A stretch of DNA of 64,000 nucleotides, taken from an uncultured Methanosarcinales archaeon. Lineage in GTDB: Archaea; Nanobdellota; Nanobdellia; Woesearchaeales; SM23-78. Numbering within the stretch: position 1 is the first letter of the stretch; each line of letters opens with the position of its first letter. Positions 28,200 through 37,547 of this stretch are shown here, one piece after another. The notes beneath the pieces were generated by a model. That model searched no databases. It was not told where the DNA came from and worked only from the letters and a program-made list of their open reading frames with translations. The stretch is taken from the NCBI GenBank assembly GCA_964354085.1, contig CAYGYA010000049.1:3887-67886 (forward strand), given 5' to 3'. The translations under genes were made by a program, and so were the position numbers.

Positions 28200-29324
28200 A
28201 TGAGCGAGGATAAAAAAGACCAGATAAAAGTAAGTGCTAAGGAAAAGCTCAGACTAAAGCACATCATGAAGGAACTTGAGCGATATAGAGGCAGGCATAC
28301 AGAACTGGTGTCTGTTTATATTCCATCAGGCTATGACATGAACAAGATTATCAATCACTTGCAGCAAGAGCAAGGGACTGCAACTAACATCAAGAGTGCA
28401 GGCACAAGGAACAATGTTATTAGCGCGCTAGAAAGGATGGTTCAGCACCTAAAGCTTTTCAAGCAGACTCCTCCTAATGGTTTAGCTGTTTTCTCAGGCA
28501 ATGTTGCTGAGAGAGAAGGAGCCCAGGATTTCAAGGTTTGGAGCCTTGAGCCGCCAGTACCTCTTAATATTCGTATTTATCGCTGTGACAAGGAATTTGT
28601 TCTTGAGCCAATCCAACAAATGGTTGAGCATGAAGAAGTATATGGCATGGTAGTGCTTGACAGGAGGGATGCAAATATTGCATTGCTAAAAGGCAAGACA
28701 ATTGTTCCATTGCAAAAGACTCACTCGGAAGTTCCTGGCAAGATAAGAGCTGGAGGACAGAGCGCGCCTCGTTTTGCTCGCCTAAGAGAAGGCGCTATAA
28801 AAGACCATTATAAGAAAGTAGCTGATTACATGAAGGAGCAGTTCCTTTTTCTAAAAGAACTGAAAGGAATACTGATTGGCGGGCCAAGCACTACAACCAC
28901 TGATTTTCTTAACAAGGGATACCTTACAGCTGATGTGAGGAACAAGATTATTGCTGTCAAAGACCTAAGCTATACAGGAGAGTTCGGGCTTCAAGAGCTT
29001 CTAGAGAGAAGCCAGGACGTGCTTGCAGAAGAAGAAGTTGCAAAGGAAAAAGTTCTGATGCAGAAATTCTTCAATCTGCTGGCTACAAAAGCAGAGATGG
29101 TCAGCTACGGAGAAAAGCATGTCAAAGAATGCCTGGCCATGGGAGCAGTTGATATTCTTATATTATCAGAGACTATTGATGAAAAACTAATGGACGAGTT
29201 TGATAATGAATCAAAGAAGTACGGCACTAATATTGAAGTAATCTCAGTTGAGACAAGGGAAGGATTTCAGCTCAAGGAAATGGGAGGTATAGCAGCCATC
29301 CTGAGATATCCTGTGCATGTATAA
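28200..29324 (+). CDS. prf1: peptide chain release factor aRF1
   Basis: NIKS motif (TATNIKSAG), GGQ motif (RAGGQSAPRFARLRE), and three-domain length (374 aa). Confidence 0.9.
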   Translation: MSEDKKDQIKVSAKEKLRLKHIMKELERYRGRHTELVSVYIPSGYDMNKIINHLQQEQGTATNIKSAGTRNNVISALERMVQHLKLFKQTPPNGLAVFSGNVAEREGAQDFKVWSLEPPVPLNIRIYRCDKEFVLEPIQQMVEHEEVYGMVVLDRRDANIALLKGKTIVPLQKTHSEVPGKIRAGGQSAPRFARLREGAIKDHYKKVADYMKEQFLFLKELKGILIGGPSTTTTDFLNKGYLTADVRNKIIAVKDLSYTGEFGLQELLERSQDVLAEEEVAKEKVLMQKFFNLLATKAEMVSYGEKHVKECLAMGAVDILILSETIDEKLMDEFDNESKKYGTNIEVISVETREGFQLKEMGGIAAILRYPVHV

Positions 29325-29435
29325 GGTTCTAGACAATAGACAACAATAACCTTTTTAAGCACAATAAATTTCTTTTGATTATAAGAGAGGTGCGCGCGCC
29401 TCAGATGCGTATTCTGAGAGATTTGGAGCAGAAAA

Positions 29436-30113
29436 ATGTCTGATCAAACCATATACAACAAGGAATATGCCAAGAAATGGATTAAATATGCAAAAGCCAA
29501 GAAGGATGTGTTCAGAGACAAGCATTTATACCCTTACCTGCAAAAAACCATAGCTGACAGCATTAAGCCTGGCGAGCCTGTTTCTCTCCTAGATATTGGC
29601 TGCGGCTGGGGAGGATTGTTAGATTATTTGCCAGAAAACATCACCTACTTTGGGGTTGATCCTGTGCCAGAATTTTTTCTATTCATAAGCAAGAAGAATC
29701 TTTGCAGGAATTTGCTCCTAAAAACTGGTGAATTGCCGAGCAAGATTCATGTGCAGGATAATTCTTTTGATATTGTTGTGTGCAGCATGGCTCTTCATTG
29801 CGTTCCTGACTTAGAAACCTCTGTCAACACTATTTTCTCAAAGGTTAAGAACAATGGAAAAGTGATTATCACAGAGTTCAATGACAATGCCCCGCCTATT
29901 GTGAGAAAAACCTTTCGCCGAATTGAAGAGGACATAGGTAATTATGTCAGGGGGCTGTACCTTCTGTCAAATCATGTTCCTGTCATTGCAGAAGCTTATT
30001 TTCACGGTGAAGAAAGAATTGAAAAAGCAATTAAGGCTCATTCTAATTTCAGGAAAACCCTTGTCGGGCCAATGTTTGTGGGCTACGAAGCTGAGAAGGG
30101 GAAATTTTTATAA
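29436..30113 (+). CDS. class I SAM-dependent methyltransferase
   Basis: Motif I LLDIGCGWGG, motif II GVDPV, and FDIVVCSMALHCVPD. Confidence 0.65.
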   Translation: MSDQTIYNKEYAKKWIKYAKAKKDVFRDKHLYPYLQKTIADSIKPGEPVSLLDIGCGWGGLLDYLPENITYFGVDPVPEFFLFISKKNLCRNLLLKTGELPSKIHVQDNSFDIVVCSMALHCVPDLETSVNTIFSKVKNNGKVIITEFNDNAPPIVRKTFRRIEEDIGNYVRGLYLLSNHVPVIAEAYFHGEERIEKAIKAHSNFRKTLVGPMFVGYEAEKGKFL

Positions 30114-30137
30114 ACCAGCAATAAACCATGCCTTTAA

Positions 30138-31157
30138 ATGGTAGAATTATATGTTTCTTGGTGCAAGGGATTAGCGCAGAGCAAGCAAGCTTTGGCTATT
30201 CTTAGTGCCAGCCCCTTTGTTAGTGGTGTTGAGAGCAGGGATGTCAGGCAAGAGCTTGATTTGTTCAATGCAGCAGGATTAAAGGTTTCTGTGCATAATC
30301 CTATAAGGATTATTAACCTGGGCTTGGACTATGAAAAACTAATTTCTAGCCTTAAGCTAAAGGTAAATGAGCATATGCTGAACAATATCAGAAAAGCACA
30401 GGCAGGCGCAGTTGGCTTCCATTCCTATAATAAAGAGCTAATGGTTGAGGATAATCTTTTCAGGGCTGCTTCTTTACCTGAAAACTTTTATGATAGTGAA
30501 AGCTTGGAGCAGATAAGAGAGCAGATAATATTAAATCTTGTGTTCCTAGAAAATGAGATTAACAAAAACATGGAAAAGGGTAAGGAGAAAAAAATCCTTT
30601 TTGAGACTCATCCTTATGTTAATTTAGCTAATTTAAAAGAAACTAAGGATAAAATAACAAAACCACAGTTAGAAATAATGAGAAACGCGGGATTGATGAA
30701 TAAGCCTGAATTCATAGCTAGCATCTTCAATGATGAAAGAATAAGGGCTAACAAGAATATAGGCCTCCTGTTTGATACAGCTCACATGTTCATATCTCTC
30801 AGGACCATGATTGACAATGGCGATGTCAAAGGAGATATTAATCACTCCATTAAAAAAATAATTGATGTTTCAAAAGGCAGGGTTTATGAAATGCACATTG
30901 CGCGCCCAACCAAACTAGAGGATAATGTCTATGTTGATGACCAGCATGCACTGATAAAAGGAGAAGCTATGAGCAATTTTGTTCTTAACATTGCAAAAAA
31001 AGTTCTTGAGAAAAATCATGGTATGATGTCAATAACCCTTGAGATTAATACTTCTTCTGATCCTGAAAATCATCCTGATCCTGTTAGTCACGCAAAAAAG
31101 CTGGTCCAGCAGGCAGAACTGGTTGTCAAGGAATTAGGACTTGAAGTGAAAAAATGA
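30138..31157 (+). CDS. hypothetical protein (possible TIM-barrel sugar-phosphate isomerase/endonuclease-like fold)
   Basis: 339 aa. Weak resemblance to xylose-isomerase-like TIM barrels (LFDTAHMF, EMHIAR). Not firmly assignable. Confidence 0.35.
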   Translation: MVELYVSWCKGLAQSKQALAILSASPFVSGVESRDVRQELDLFNAAGLKVSVHNPIRIINLGLDYEKLISSLKLKVNEHMLNNIRKAQAGAVGFHSYNKELMVEDNLFRAASLPENFYDSESLEQIREQIILNLVFLENEINKNMEKGKEKKILFETHPYVNLANLKETKDKITKPQLEIMRNAGLMNKPEFIASIFNDERIRANKNIGLLFDTAHMFISLRTMIDNGDVKGDINHSIKKIIDVSKGRVYEMHIARPTKLEDNVYVDDQHALIKGEAMSNFVLNIAKKVLEKNHGMMSITLEINTSSDPENHPDPVSHAKKLVQQAELVVKELGLEVKK

Positions 31158-31846
31158 ATCTTGCAGAGCGCGCATTCTCAGAATTATTCCCAGATAAACA
31201 GCTAAACAAGGAGCTAAGAATAAAATATTCCCGCGCCTTTAATGCCTATAACGCTAATGTTAAGTACGCTCCTTATTCAATGACTTTCAAGCTTTCTTAT
31301 GAGTGGAAAAAAGTGAGTGATGAGATAAAGATGGGCCTGATACAGCTGCTGCTGTTGAAAGTTTATCATGAGAAAAAGAGAACCCTTAACCTTGATTTGT
31401 ATGAGAAGTTCATCAAGAGCGTGGGAGATTATGCTCATGTTACAGAAACAGACCTAATCCTTGAGCAGAGCTTTAAAAGAGTGAGTGAAAAATACTTTTA
31501 TGGAATGCTTGACCAGCCTAACCTGCGCTGGGGAACAGACAGCTTTTCCAAGCTTGGGAGCTATGAGTACGGCGCAAACATGGTGACCATCTCTAATATT
31601 TTCAAAGGAGAGGATGAGCAAAGCCAGGAACTGCTGGATTATATCATGTATCATGAGTTGCTTCACAAGAAGCACAAGTTCCACACCAAGAACGGCAGGA
31701 GCTATCATCACACCAAGAATTTCAGGAACAAGGAAAAGGCATTTGAAAATCCTCGCATTGAAGAAGAGCTAAAAATATTTCTTGCAAAGAAAAGAATAAA
31801 AAAAGTGTTCAGCAGAAAAAAGAAAAGCTTCTGGCAGTGGTGGTAG
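31154..31846 (+). CDS. HExxH zinc-metallopeptidase-like protein (SprT/DUF45-like)
   Basis: IMYHELLHKKH contains HExxH followed by a basic tail. Overlaps the upstream ORF by 4 nt (ATGA). Confidence 0.45.
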   Translation: MNLAERAFSELFPDKQLNKELRIKYSRAFNAYNANVKYAPYSMTFKLSYEWKKVSDEIKMGLIQLLLLKVYHEKKRTLNLDLYEKFIKSVGDYAHVTETDLILEQSFKRVSEKYFYGMLDQPNLRWGTDSFSKLGSYEYGANMVTISNIFKGEDEQSQELLDYIMYHELLHKKHKFHTKNGRSYHHTKNFRNKEKAFENPRIEEELKIFLAKKRIKKVFSRKKKSFWQWW

Positions 31847-31883
31847 AAACAACTTTATAAATAAAATCGCATTACCCCACTTC

Positions 31884-32342
31884 ATGGCAGTCCCATCAGC
31901 AGGTAATGGCAAATCTCTTGAAGAAAGAGCAAATGATACCAAGGAAAAAGGCAGGTTGTTAGCTGAGACTTTTAATCAGGTTAGATATATCCACGTCAGC
32001 GGCTATGCTCATAATTCAGGGGATAGCTTTAGCATAGTATATGACCGTGATGAAGCATTTCAAAGTGATTGGGAAACTCTCAAGAATAGCATCACAGCGA
32101 ATCTAAACGGCTTAAGGGCAGAAGTCATCCTGCACGGAGATGAGCAATTATATCCGCCTATAAATTACCAAACAAAAAATAATGACGCAACAAAATTAGA
32201 GATACTAATCAGGCCTGCTGATAGGGTGACAGATGCTTATGCTAGGGAAGAGATTATTTCTAAGGTGATAAAAAAAATAACAGCCGGGATAACGGATTAT
32301 CTAGAAAAACATCCGAACGCAGTAAAAAAGAGTGATAACTAG
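31884..32342 (+). CDS. hypothetical protein
   Basis: 152 aa. No motif recognised. Confidence 0.35.
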   Translation: MAVPSAGNGKSLEERANDTKEKGRLLAETFNQVRYIHVSGYAHNSGDSFSIVYDRDEAFQSDWETLKNSITANLNGLRAEVILHGDEQLYPPINYQTKNNDATKLEILIRPADRVTDAYAREEIISKVIKKITAGITDYLEKHPNAVKKSDN

Positions 32343-32394
32343 AAACTTAACACGATGATAAAAGAAGCACTAAATAAAGGGTTAGGGTGATAAA

Positions 32395-32874
32395 ATGAAA
32401 CAACTAGTTGTGTATTATTCAAGGACTGGGAATACAAAGAAAGCTGCTGAGGCACTCGCAGCAATGCTCAAGTGCGAGGTTGAGGAATTAACTGACAAGA
32501 AAGGTGCAAAGAGCAGGAAGGGCTTGTTCGGCTGGCTGCGCTGCGGCAGAGAAGGAATGAAGAGGATAATGCCAGAAATAGAGGCAACAAAAAATGATTC
32601 TGCAAAATATGATTTAGTTATCATCGGCGCTCCTAACTGGGGCAGCAACATGGCAAGCCCAGTGAGGGCTTATCTTACAAATAACAAAGGCAAATTCAAG
32701 AAAGTTGCTTTTTTCTGCACCATGGGCGGAGAATCACCTGGCAGGATTTTTATTGAAATGGAAGAAATCTGCAATAAAAAGCCAGTGGCCTGCCTTGGGC
32801 TAAGAAGTAAAGCAGTGAAAAAAGGAGAGCACATTCCTAAGCTCAAAGAGTTTGCCAAGAAAATAATGCAATAG
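32395..32874 (+). CDS. flavodoxin-like protein
   Basis: MKQLVVYYSRTGNTKKAAEALA is the flavodoxin FMN-phosphate-binding loop (S/T-x-T-G-x-T). Length 159 aa. Confidence 0.65.
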   Translation: MKQLVVYYSRTGNTKKAAEALAAMLKCEVEELTDKKGAKSRKGLFGWLRCGREGMKRIMPEIEATKNDSAKYDLVIIGAPNWGSNMASPVRAYLTNNKGKFKKVAFFCTMGGESPGRIFIEMEEICNKKPVACLGLRSKAVKKGEHIPKLKEFAKKIMQ

Positions 32875-32891
32875 ACTGTATTTTGCCTGCT

Positions 32892-33587
32892 CTAGAACAA
32901 CAATACTACAAGCACTGCCATTATTATCATGTTTCCAAAGTCTGCTACTGATGTTATTATTGGTATCAGGAAATTGTTAGGGTCTTCTTTTTTATTGAAG
33001 TAATGCAATCCCAGGACTACAGAGGAAATGAACATTATTATGACTAGCAAGGCAACATCCACTATTGTAATGGTGAACACTTTTAAAATAATAAGGGCAT
33101 TCAGCTGGTAGTTTGAAAAAAGAGACACAATAAGGGCTACGGTAGTGCTAATGAGGGTTGTAAGCAAGGCTATAATAAATATCTGCCAGAATAATATCTT
33201 TATGCTTGATTCCATCCACCATTTCTTTTTAACCTTGCCTTCATAAAGCATGGTTGAGAATCTTGAAGAAATTATGGTCCCGTAGTCCCCGACCATGTCA
33301 TTGAGCGTCGGCATGAGAATGATTAATGGCACGATGACTATAAAAATCTCTTTTATGTTTTCAAGGGCCATGCCTCCTGCTGCGCTTAATATTGCAGAGA
33401 GCAATAGGATCTGGACGCTTTCTCTGAGTATTGTGTCAGGCACATTTGAGTGAGGCCCATATTCCTTGACATAGAAAAGTGTTTTCCTTGAAATCTTGTA
33501 TTTGGTATGAATCTCATGGATAAGAGAGTGGCGCGCGCGCTTCCTAATCTTTCTCAATGCTTCCAAATGCTTTCTTATTTCCTTCAT
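32892..33587 (-). CDS. MgtE-like divalent-cation transporter membrane-domain protein
   Basis: N-terminal soluble region, then 5 TM helices ending in the MgtE-like pore motif DPNNFLIPIITSVADFGNM. Confidence 0.5.
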   Translation of the reverse strand: MKEIRKHLEALRKIRKRARHSLIHEIHTKYKISRKTLFYVKEYGPHSNVPDTILRESVQILLLSAILSAAGGMALENIKEIFIVIVPLIILMPTLNDMVGDYGTIISSRFSTMLYEGKVKKKWWMESSIKILFWQIFIIALLTTLISTTVALIVSLFSNYQLNALIILKVFTITIVDVALLVIIMFISSVVLGLHYFNKKEDPNNFLIPIITSVADFGNMIIMAVLVVLLF

Positions 33588-33627
33588 TTAATTATTCTCC
33601 TTGTAAATTAATCTCATGATTTTATGC

Positions 33628-34176
33628 TCATATAAGCACCAAGGCAATGAGCAATGAAACAATGCTTGTAATGTCTCCTGATGATGTTACAAAAGGCCCT
33701 AGTATGTTATTTGGGTCATGCCCTTTCTTGAAAAAGTAAAAAGTCAGCACTATTGTTAAGGGGACTTCAATCATATTGGCTATTATGCCTGCTATCAGGA
33801 AAAGCCATATTATCTCAGGAGTGAATACGTGCAAAACAAAGTTGTTGAACAGGAAGGTTATTAATCCAAGAAACAAAGCAATTATTACTGCAAGCAAGAG
33901 AGAGGCATATATATTGCCTCTGATTATTTTGGTTCTTATGGTGTTGGGCTTAATCACTCCCAAGAACAAGCCAGAGCTCAGCCTCGAAGAGAGCGAGCCG
34001 CTAATATTTCCTCGCATATCCAGGAATGCTGGGAGAGTAAGGAGCATGCCAGGGATAAGAAGGATTTTATTTGTATTATAGGCAAGAATAATTCCTGCTA
34101 TCAAGCCACCGATTATAGATACTATCTGGAAAGACAGTATTTCCTTGAAATTCTTGTCAAAAACTCCCTTAATCAT
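33628..34176 (-). CDS. MgtE-like divalent-cation transporter membrane-domain protein (TM-only paralog)
   Basis: 5 TM helices with DPNNILGPFVTSSGDITS, paralogous to the adjacent gene. Confidence 0.5.
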   Translation of the reverse strand: MIKGVFDKNFKEILSFQIVSIIGGLIAGIILAYNTNKILLIPGMLLTLPAFLDMRGNISGSLSSRLSSGLFLGVIKPNTIRTKIIRGNIYASLLLAVIIALFLGLITFLFNNFVLHVFTPEIIWLFLIAGIIANMIEVPLTIVLTFYFFKKGHDPNNILGPFVTSSGDITSIVSLLIALVLI

Positions 34177-34238
34177 GAATATTCTAGCCTTGGCAAGATT
34201 AGCTTATATATTTTTTCTAAAATACTAGGTGCCTGTCT

Positions 34239-35756
34239 CTAGATTAAAGCCTGTGAAGAACTATGATGTGACAAACTTTTCAGATATTTCATATATGCCT
34301 TGTTCTGCATTAACCATTTGTTCACTATCTGCCTTCCTCCTACTCTTAGCAATGCAGGTTCAAATGAGGGCAGTTTAATTATTGGAAGCTTAATTGCAGG
34401 CAACTTTACTGTTGGCAAATGAGGCATATGCGGCATACGAGGTAAATGTGGCAAGCGCACTTTAGAATACATGCCCTTGGCTGTTGTCACAGCCGAATCA
34501 ATAAAAGCATCAACTGTTTTCTTCATTGCATTGGTGTATGAATAAAATTCTGCAAAGCATTTTATCATTCCATGCTGAAGCTCATGGGCACTCATTTGGC
34601 TGGGCTTGAAAACAGCGTGCAAGCCGTCATAATATTGCCAGTCAGTGTGCAAAAGCCTTTGCTCATTCAACAGCTTGAAATAGGTCTGAGTGCCTGGCAG
34701 AGGAGTGAGTATAGCGTACTGCACAGAATCAAGGTCGCTCTTATGGCAGAATTCAGAAGTGTTCTTGAAAACATCCTTGTCGTCAGCATCATTCCCAAGC
34801 ATGAACATTCCATGTATGGCTATTCCACGGTCATGAAAAACTTTTATTGCCCTCTCAACATCCTGGCGAGTCTGGTGCTTATTCATATCCCGCAGACTCT
34901 TATCATTAATTGATTCAAACCCAATATAAACTCTTTCGCAGCCTGCTTCTCTCATCTTTGCAACAAACTCAGGGTTCCTGGTTACATCTGATCTTACTTG
35001 CGCGCCCCAAGGCCTACTAAATCCTTTTTCAAGCATTAGGTCAAGAATTCTGTTAGTTCTGGTAAGGTTAGCTGCAAAGTGGTCATCTGCAAAAAACACA
35101 TATCCTTTCTTGAATTGCATAATCTCATCAATAACTCTTTCTGGGCTCTGGGTCCTGTATTTTCTTCCAAACATCTCTGTTACTGCGCAAAAATTGCAAC
35201 CATAAGGGCAACCTCTTGATGACATGACAGAATGAGTGAATCCTTTTTTCCATCCCTGGACTAGGTTAAAATCAGGTATTGGAAACTCGTCAAGATTCTC
35301 TGGCCTTTGCGCATAAACAATCTTATCCTTAAATCTGCCTGCAAGGAGGTCAAGGATTATGTGCTCTGCTTCTCCAACAACAACCTGGTCAAAATAAGGA
35401 ACAACATCATTGGGAATTGTGCTTGCATGAATGCCTCCAATAATAGCTCTTGAGTCAAGTCCTCTGGATTTTCTTATTGCCTTGTACTGCTTTGCAATCT
35501 CCTTGCCTCTTGTTGAGGTTGCTGTTATGCAGCTCAGGCAGAGAATGTCTGCACTTTCAAGCTCTTTTTCTGAAATATTCCTCCTAAGGATATTCTCATT
35601 AAGCACAACAGCATCATAGCCAGCTCTCTGAGCAATTGTTGCAAGATAAACAGGCCCTAATAATGGGATAGTCATGCTTTTGGCAAATACATTAGAAGCA
35701 GCTCCTCTTGGCTCTACAAAAACAACCTTTTTATTTCTAATTGTTTTATGCTCCAT
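34239..35756 (-). CDS. B12-binding-domain radical SAM protein (class B radical SAM)
   Basis: N-terminal Rossmann-like cobalamin-binding region (VVFVEPRGAAS...LGPVYLA), radical-SAM cluster CPYGCNFC, and a repetitive Pro-rich C-terminal tail. Confidence 0.75.
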   Translation of the reverse strand: MEHKTIRNKKVVFVEPRGAASNVFAKSMTIPLLGPVYLATIAQRAGYDAVVLNENILRRNISEKELESADILCLSCITATSTRGKEIAKQYKAIRKSRGLDSRAIIGGIHASTIPNDVVPYFDQVVVGEAEHIILDLLAGRFKDKIVYAQRPENLDEFPIPDFNLVQGWKKGFTHSVMSSRGCPYGCNFCAVTEMFGRKYRTQSPERVIDEIMQFKKGYVFFADDHFAANLTRTNRILDLMLEKGFSRPWGAQVRSDVTRNPEFVAKMREAGCERVYIGFESINDKSLRDMNKHQTRQDVERAIKVFHDRGIAIHGMFMLGNDADDKDVFKNTSEFCHKSDLDSVQYAILTPLPGTQTYFKLLNEQRLLHTDWQYYDGLHAVFKPSQMSAHELQHGMIKCFAEFYSYTNAMKKTVDAFIDSAVTTAKGMYSKVRLPHLPRMPHMPHLPTVKLPAIKLPIIKLPSFEPALLRVGGRQIVNKWLMQNKAYMKYLKSLSHHSSSQALI

Positions 35757-35936
35757 TCTTCTTCCTCTTTTGGTTTTTTTCTAGAATAAGTTTTTGAGAC
35801 AAAACCCAAAATCAATTAAAAAAATTGGATGCCTGAATAAACTTACTATGTCCTAATAACTCAAACCCATATTAATATTTTATGTATTATAACTCATTTT
35901 CAGAGAATTTATATAATAAGTGATGATTTCACTCTG

Positions 35937-36914
35937 TTGATGAAAAAAATAACCCTGATAATCATAGTTTGCTTTTCAATATTCTTAATCAGTGCATTAT
36001 TGTTGACCAATTACAAGCCAAAAGTTCCTGAGGTTCCTAAAAATAATACCCAGAACAATACCCAAGCCCAGAATAACACTCCCAGAATCTTCTTGTCAAA
36101 GTATCCAATCATTCTTGTCCACGGCTGGATGGGAAAGGCAGTTGACTTTGCACCCTATGGGCTCAAGCTTCAGGAAGATAGGATTGCTGAGTACAAAGGC
36201 ACGCTAACCAGGTATGATAACAAGTCAATTTGCCCAGAGCAATGGCCTAAAGCAGTGAGTGCGAGTGCAGAATACTATTATGATTTTAACAAGGACAATG
36301 GAATAGAGAATTATTCTTCTGAACTAGAACCAATAATCCAGCTCTTAAAGAATTGCACAGGCTCTGACCAAGTAATACTTATCGCACACAGCATGGGAGG
36401 ATTAGTTTCAAGAAAGTACATGGTTGATTATGGCAATTCAAGCATTAATAAGCTAATCACACTAGCAACTCCTCATTATGGGTTTAACCAATTCACCAGG
36501 TCAGAAATTATTTTTATGATGATTGACATATTCACTAATAGGATGTTTGAGATTGAGCAGATGAGGCCTGAAAGTGATTTTCTCAAAGAGCTTGACAAGG
36601 CAGATGTTATTTACAGAAACCAAATAGTAAGCATCGGCACATACAACCTGGGTAACAAAACCAGCATTTTTGGGCTTCGTGTTTTTTCATCTCAAATAGA
36701 TGACTTTGAAAAGCAGCACTTTGATAATACTGACATTGCTGTATCATTAGACTCAACCAAGCTTGCAGGCTGCAAATACTACCAGGTAGAGGGCTGTAGC
36801 CACACAGAAATCCTGAATTTCAAAGCAGTCTACCCAAAAGGGCCGATTAATAATCCTAACACTTGCAAAGATGCTTATGAGATTGTTAAGAATGAGATAT
36901 TAGGGGCTGACTGA
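35937..36914 (+). CDS. secreted alpha/beta-hydrolase (lipase/esterase-like, GxSxG)
   Basis: N-terminal signal/TM anchor, PIILVHGWMG, and the nucleophile elbow LIAHSMGGLVSR. Confidence 0.6.
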   Translation: MMKKITLIIIVCFSIFLISALLLTNYKPKVPEVPKNNTQNNTQAQNNTPRIFLSKYPIILVHGWMGKAVDFAPYGLKLQEDRIAEYKGTLTRYDNKSICPEQWPKAVSASAEYYYDFNKDNGIENYSSELEPIIQLLKNCTGSDQVILIAHSMGGLVSRKYMVDYGNSSINKLITLATPHYGFNQFTRSEIIFMMIDIFTNRMFEIEQMRPESDFLKELDKADVIYRNQIVSIGTYNLGNKTSIFGLRVFSSQIDDFEKQHFDNTDIAVSLDSTKLAGCKYYQVEGCSHTEILNFKAVYPKGPINNPNTCKDAYEIVKNEILGAD

Positions 36915-36938
36915 CTAAATAAGAAGAAATAATTAGCC

Positions 36939-37532
36939 TTAGACTTTCTTAGAAATCTCTTTTTTCCTCTCTTGCATCATCTGGTTGTAGAATTTTTCAA
37001 TCTCGCTATTGTACCATTTTACTCCGCGCTTCTCATTGTTCTCCTGATACACTTTTATTTGTTCATAGAACTCTGCGGGCGATTGTTTAGTGAACTTTCT
37101 CACAATATCAAATCCCTCTTTGCTTGTCATCCAAATAAAGTCGAAATTATTGAATATCCTTAGGATTGGCTCATCTGCGAATGAATCCCCAAAAGCCCAA
37201 TTATCATGCTTCAATATCAATCGTTCAATCTCAGAAATCATCTCTTTGGGATAAACCAACTCTGACAAAATCTGGCTTGCAATTTTTGCCCCTTCCTCTG
37301 AATGGAGCTTTCTGATGTCCAAGTTAAAAGGGTCAGAGCCTTTTTTAACCTTTGAATAGCCGGCGTCATGCAAGATTGCTACTGGCATTAGAATATCAAA
37401 ATCAATCTCCTTAGGGCTGATGTGCTCTGGAATTGTCTTGTACAACCATTTAACATGCAAAACATCGCCTTCTCTTCCTTTTTCATAGAATGGGATGGCT
37501 TTCTTAAGTATTTCACTGTAAATCTTTTTCAA
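36939..37532 (-). CDS. HD-domain phosphohydrolase
   Basis: HVKWLYK...ILHDAGY carries the H...HD metal-binding signature. 197 aa. Confidence 0.55.
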   Translation of the reverse strand: MKKIYSEILKKAIPFYEKGREGDVLHVKWLYKTIPEHISPKEIDFDILMPVAILHDAGYSKVKKGSDPFNLDIRKLHSEEGAKIASQILSELVYPKEMISEIERLILKHDNWAFGDSFADEPILRIFNNFDFIWMTSKEGFDIVRKFTKQSPAEFYEQIKVYQENNEKRGVKWYNSEIEKFYNQMMQERKKEISKKV

Positions 37533-37547
37533 TTGCGCACCACTTTC

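Noticed and set aside
29390-29430. GC-rich element gaggtgcgcgcgcctcagatgcgtattctgagag upstream of a methyltransferase gene
   Set aside because: It contains a short 6-bp hairpin (ctcaga/tctgag) and an alternating GC run. That is too short and unconserved to call a regulatory RNA. It may simply be a promoter-proximal hairpin.
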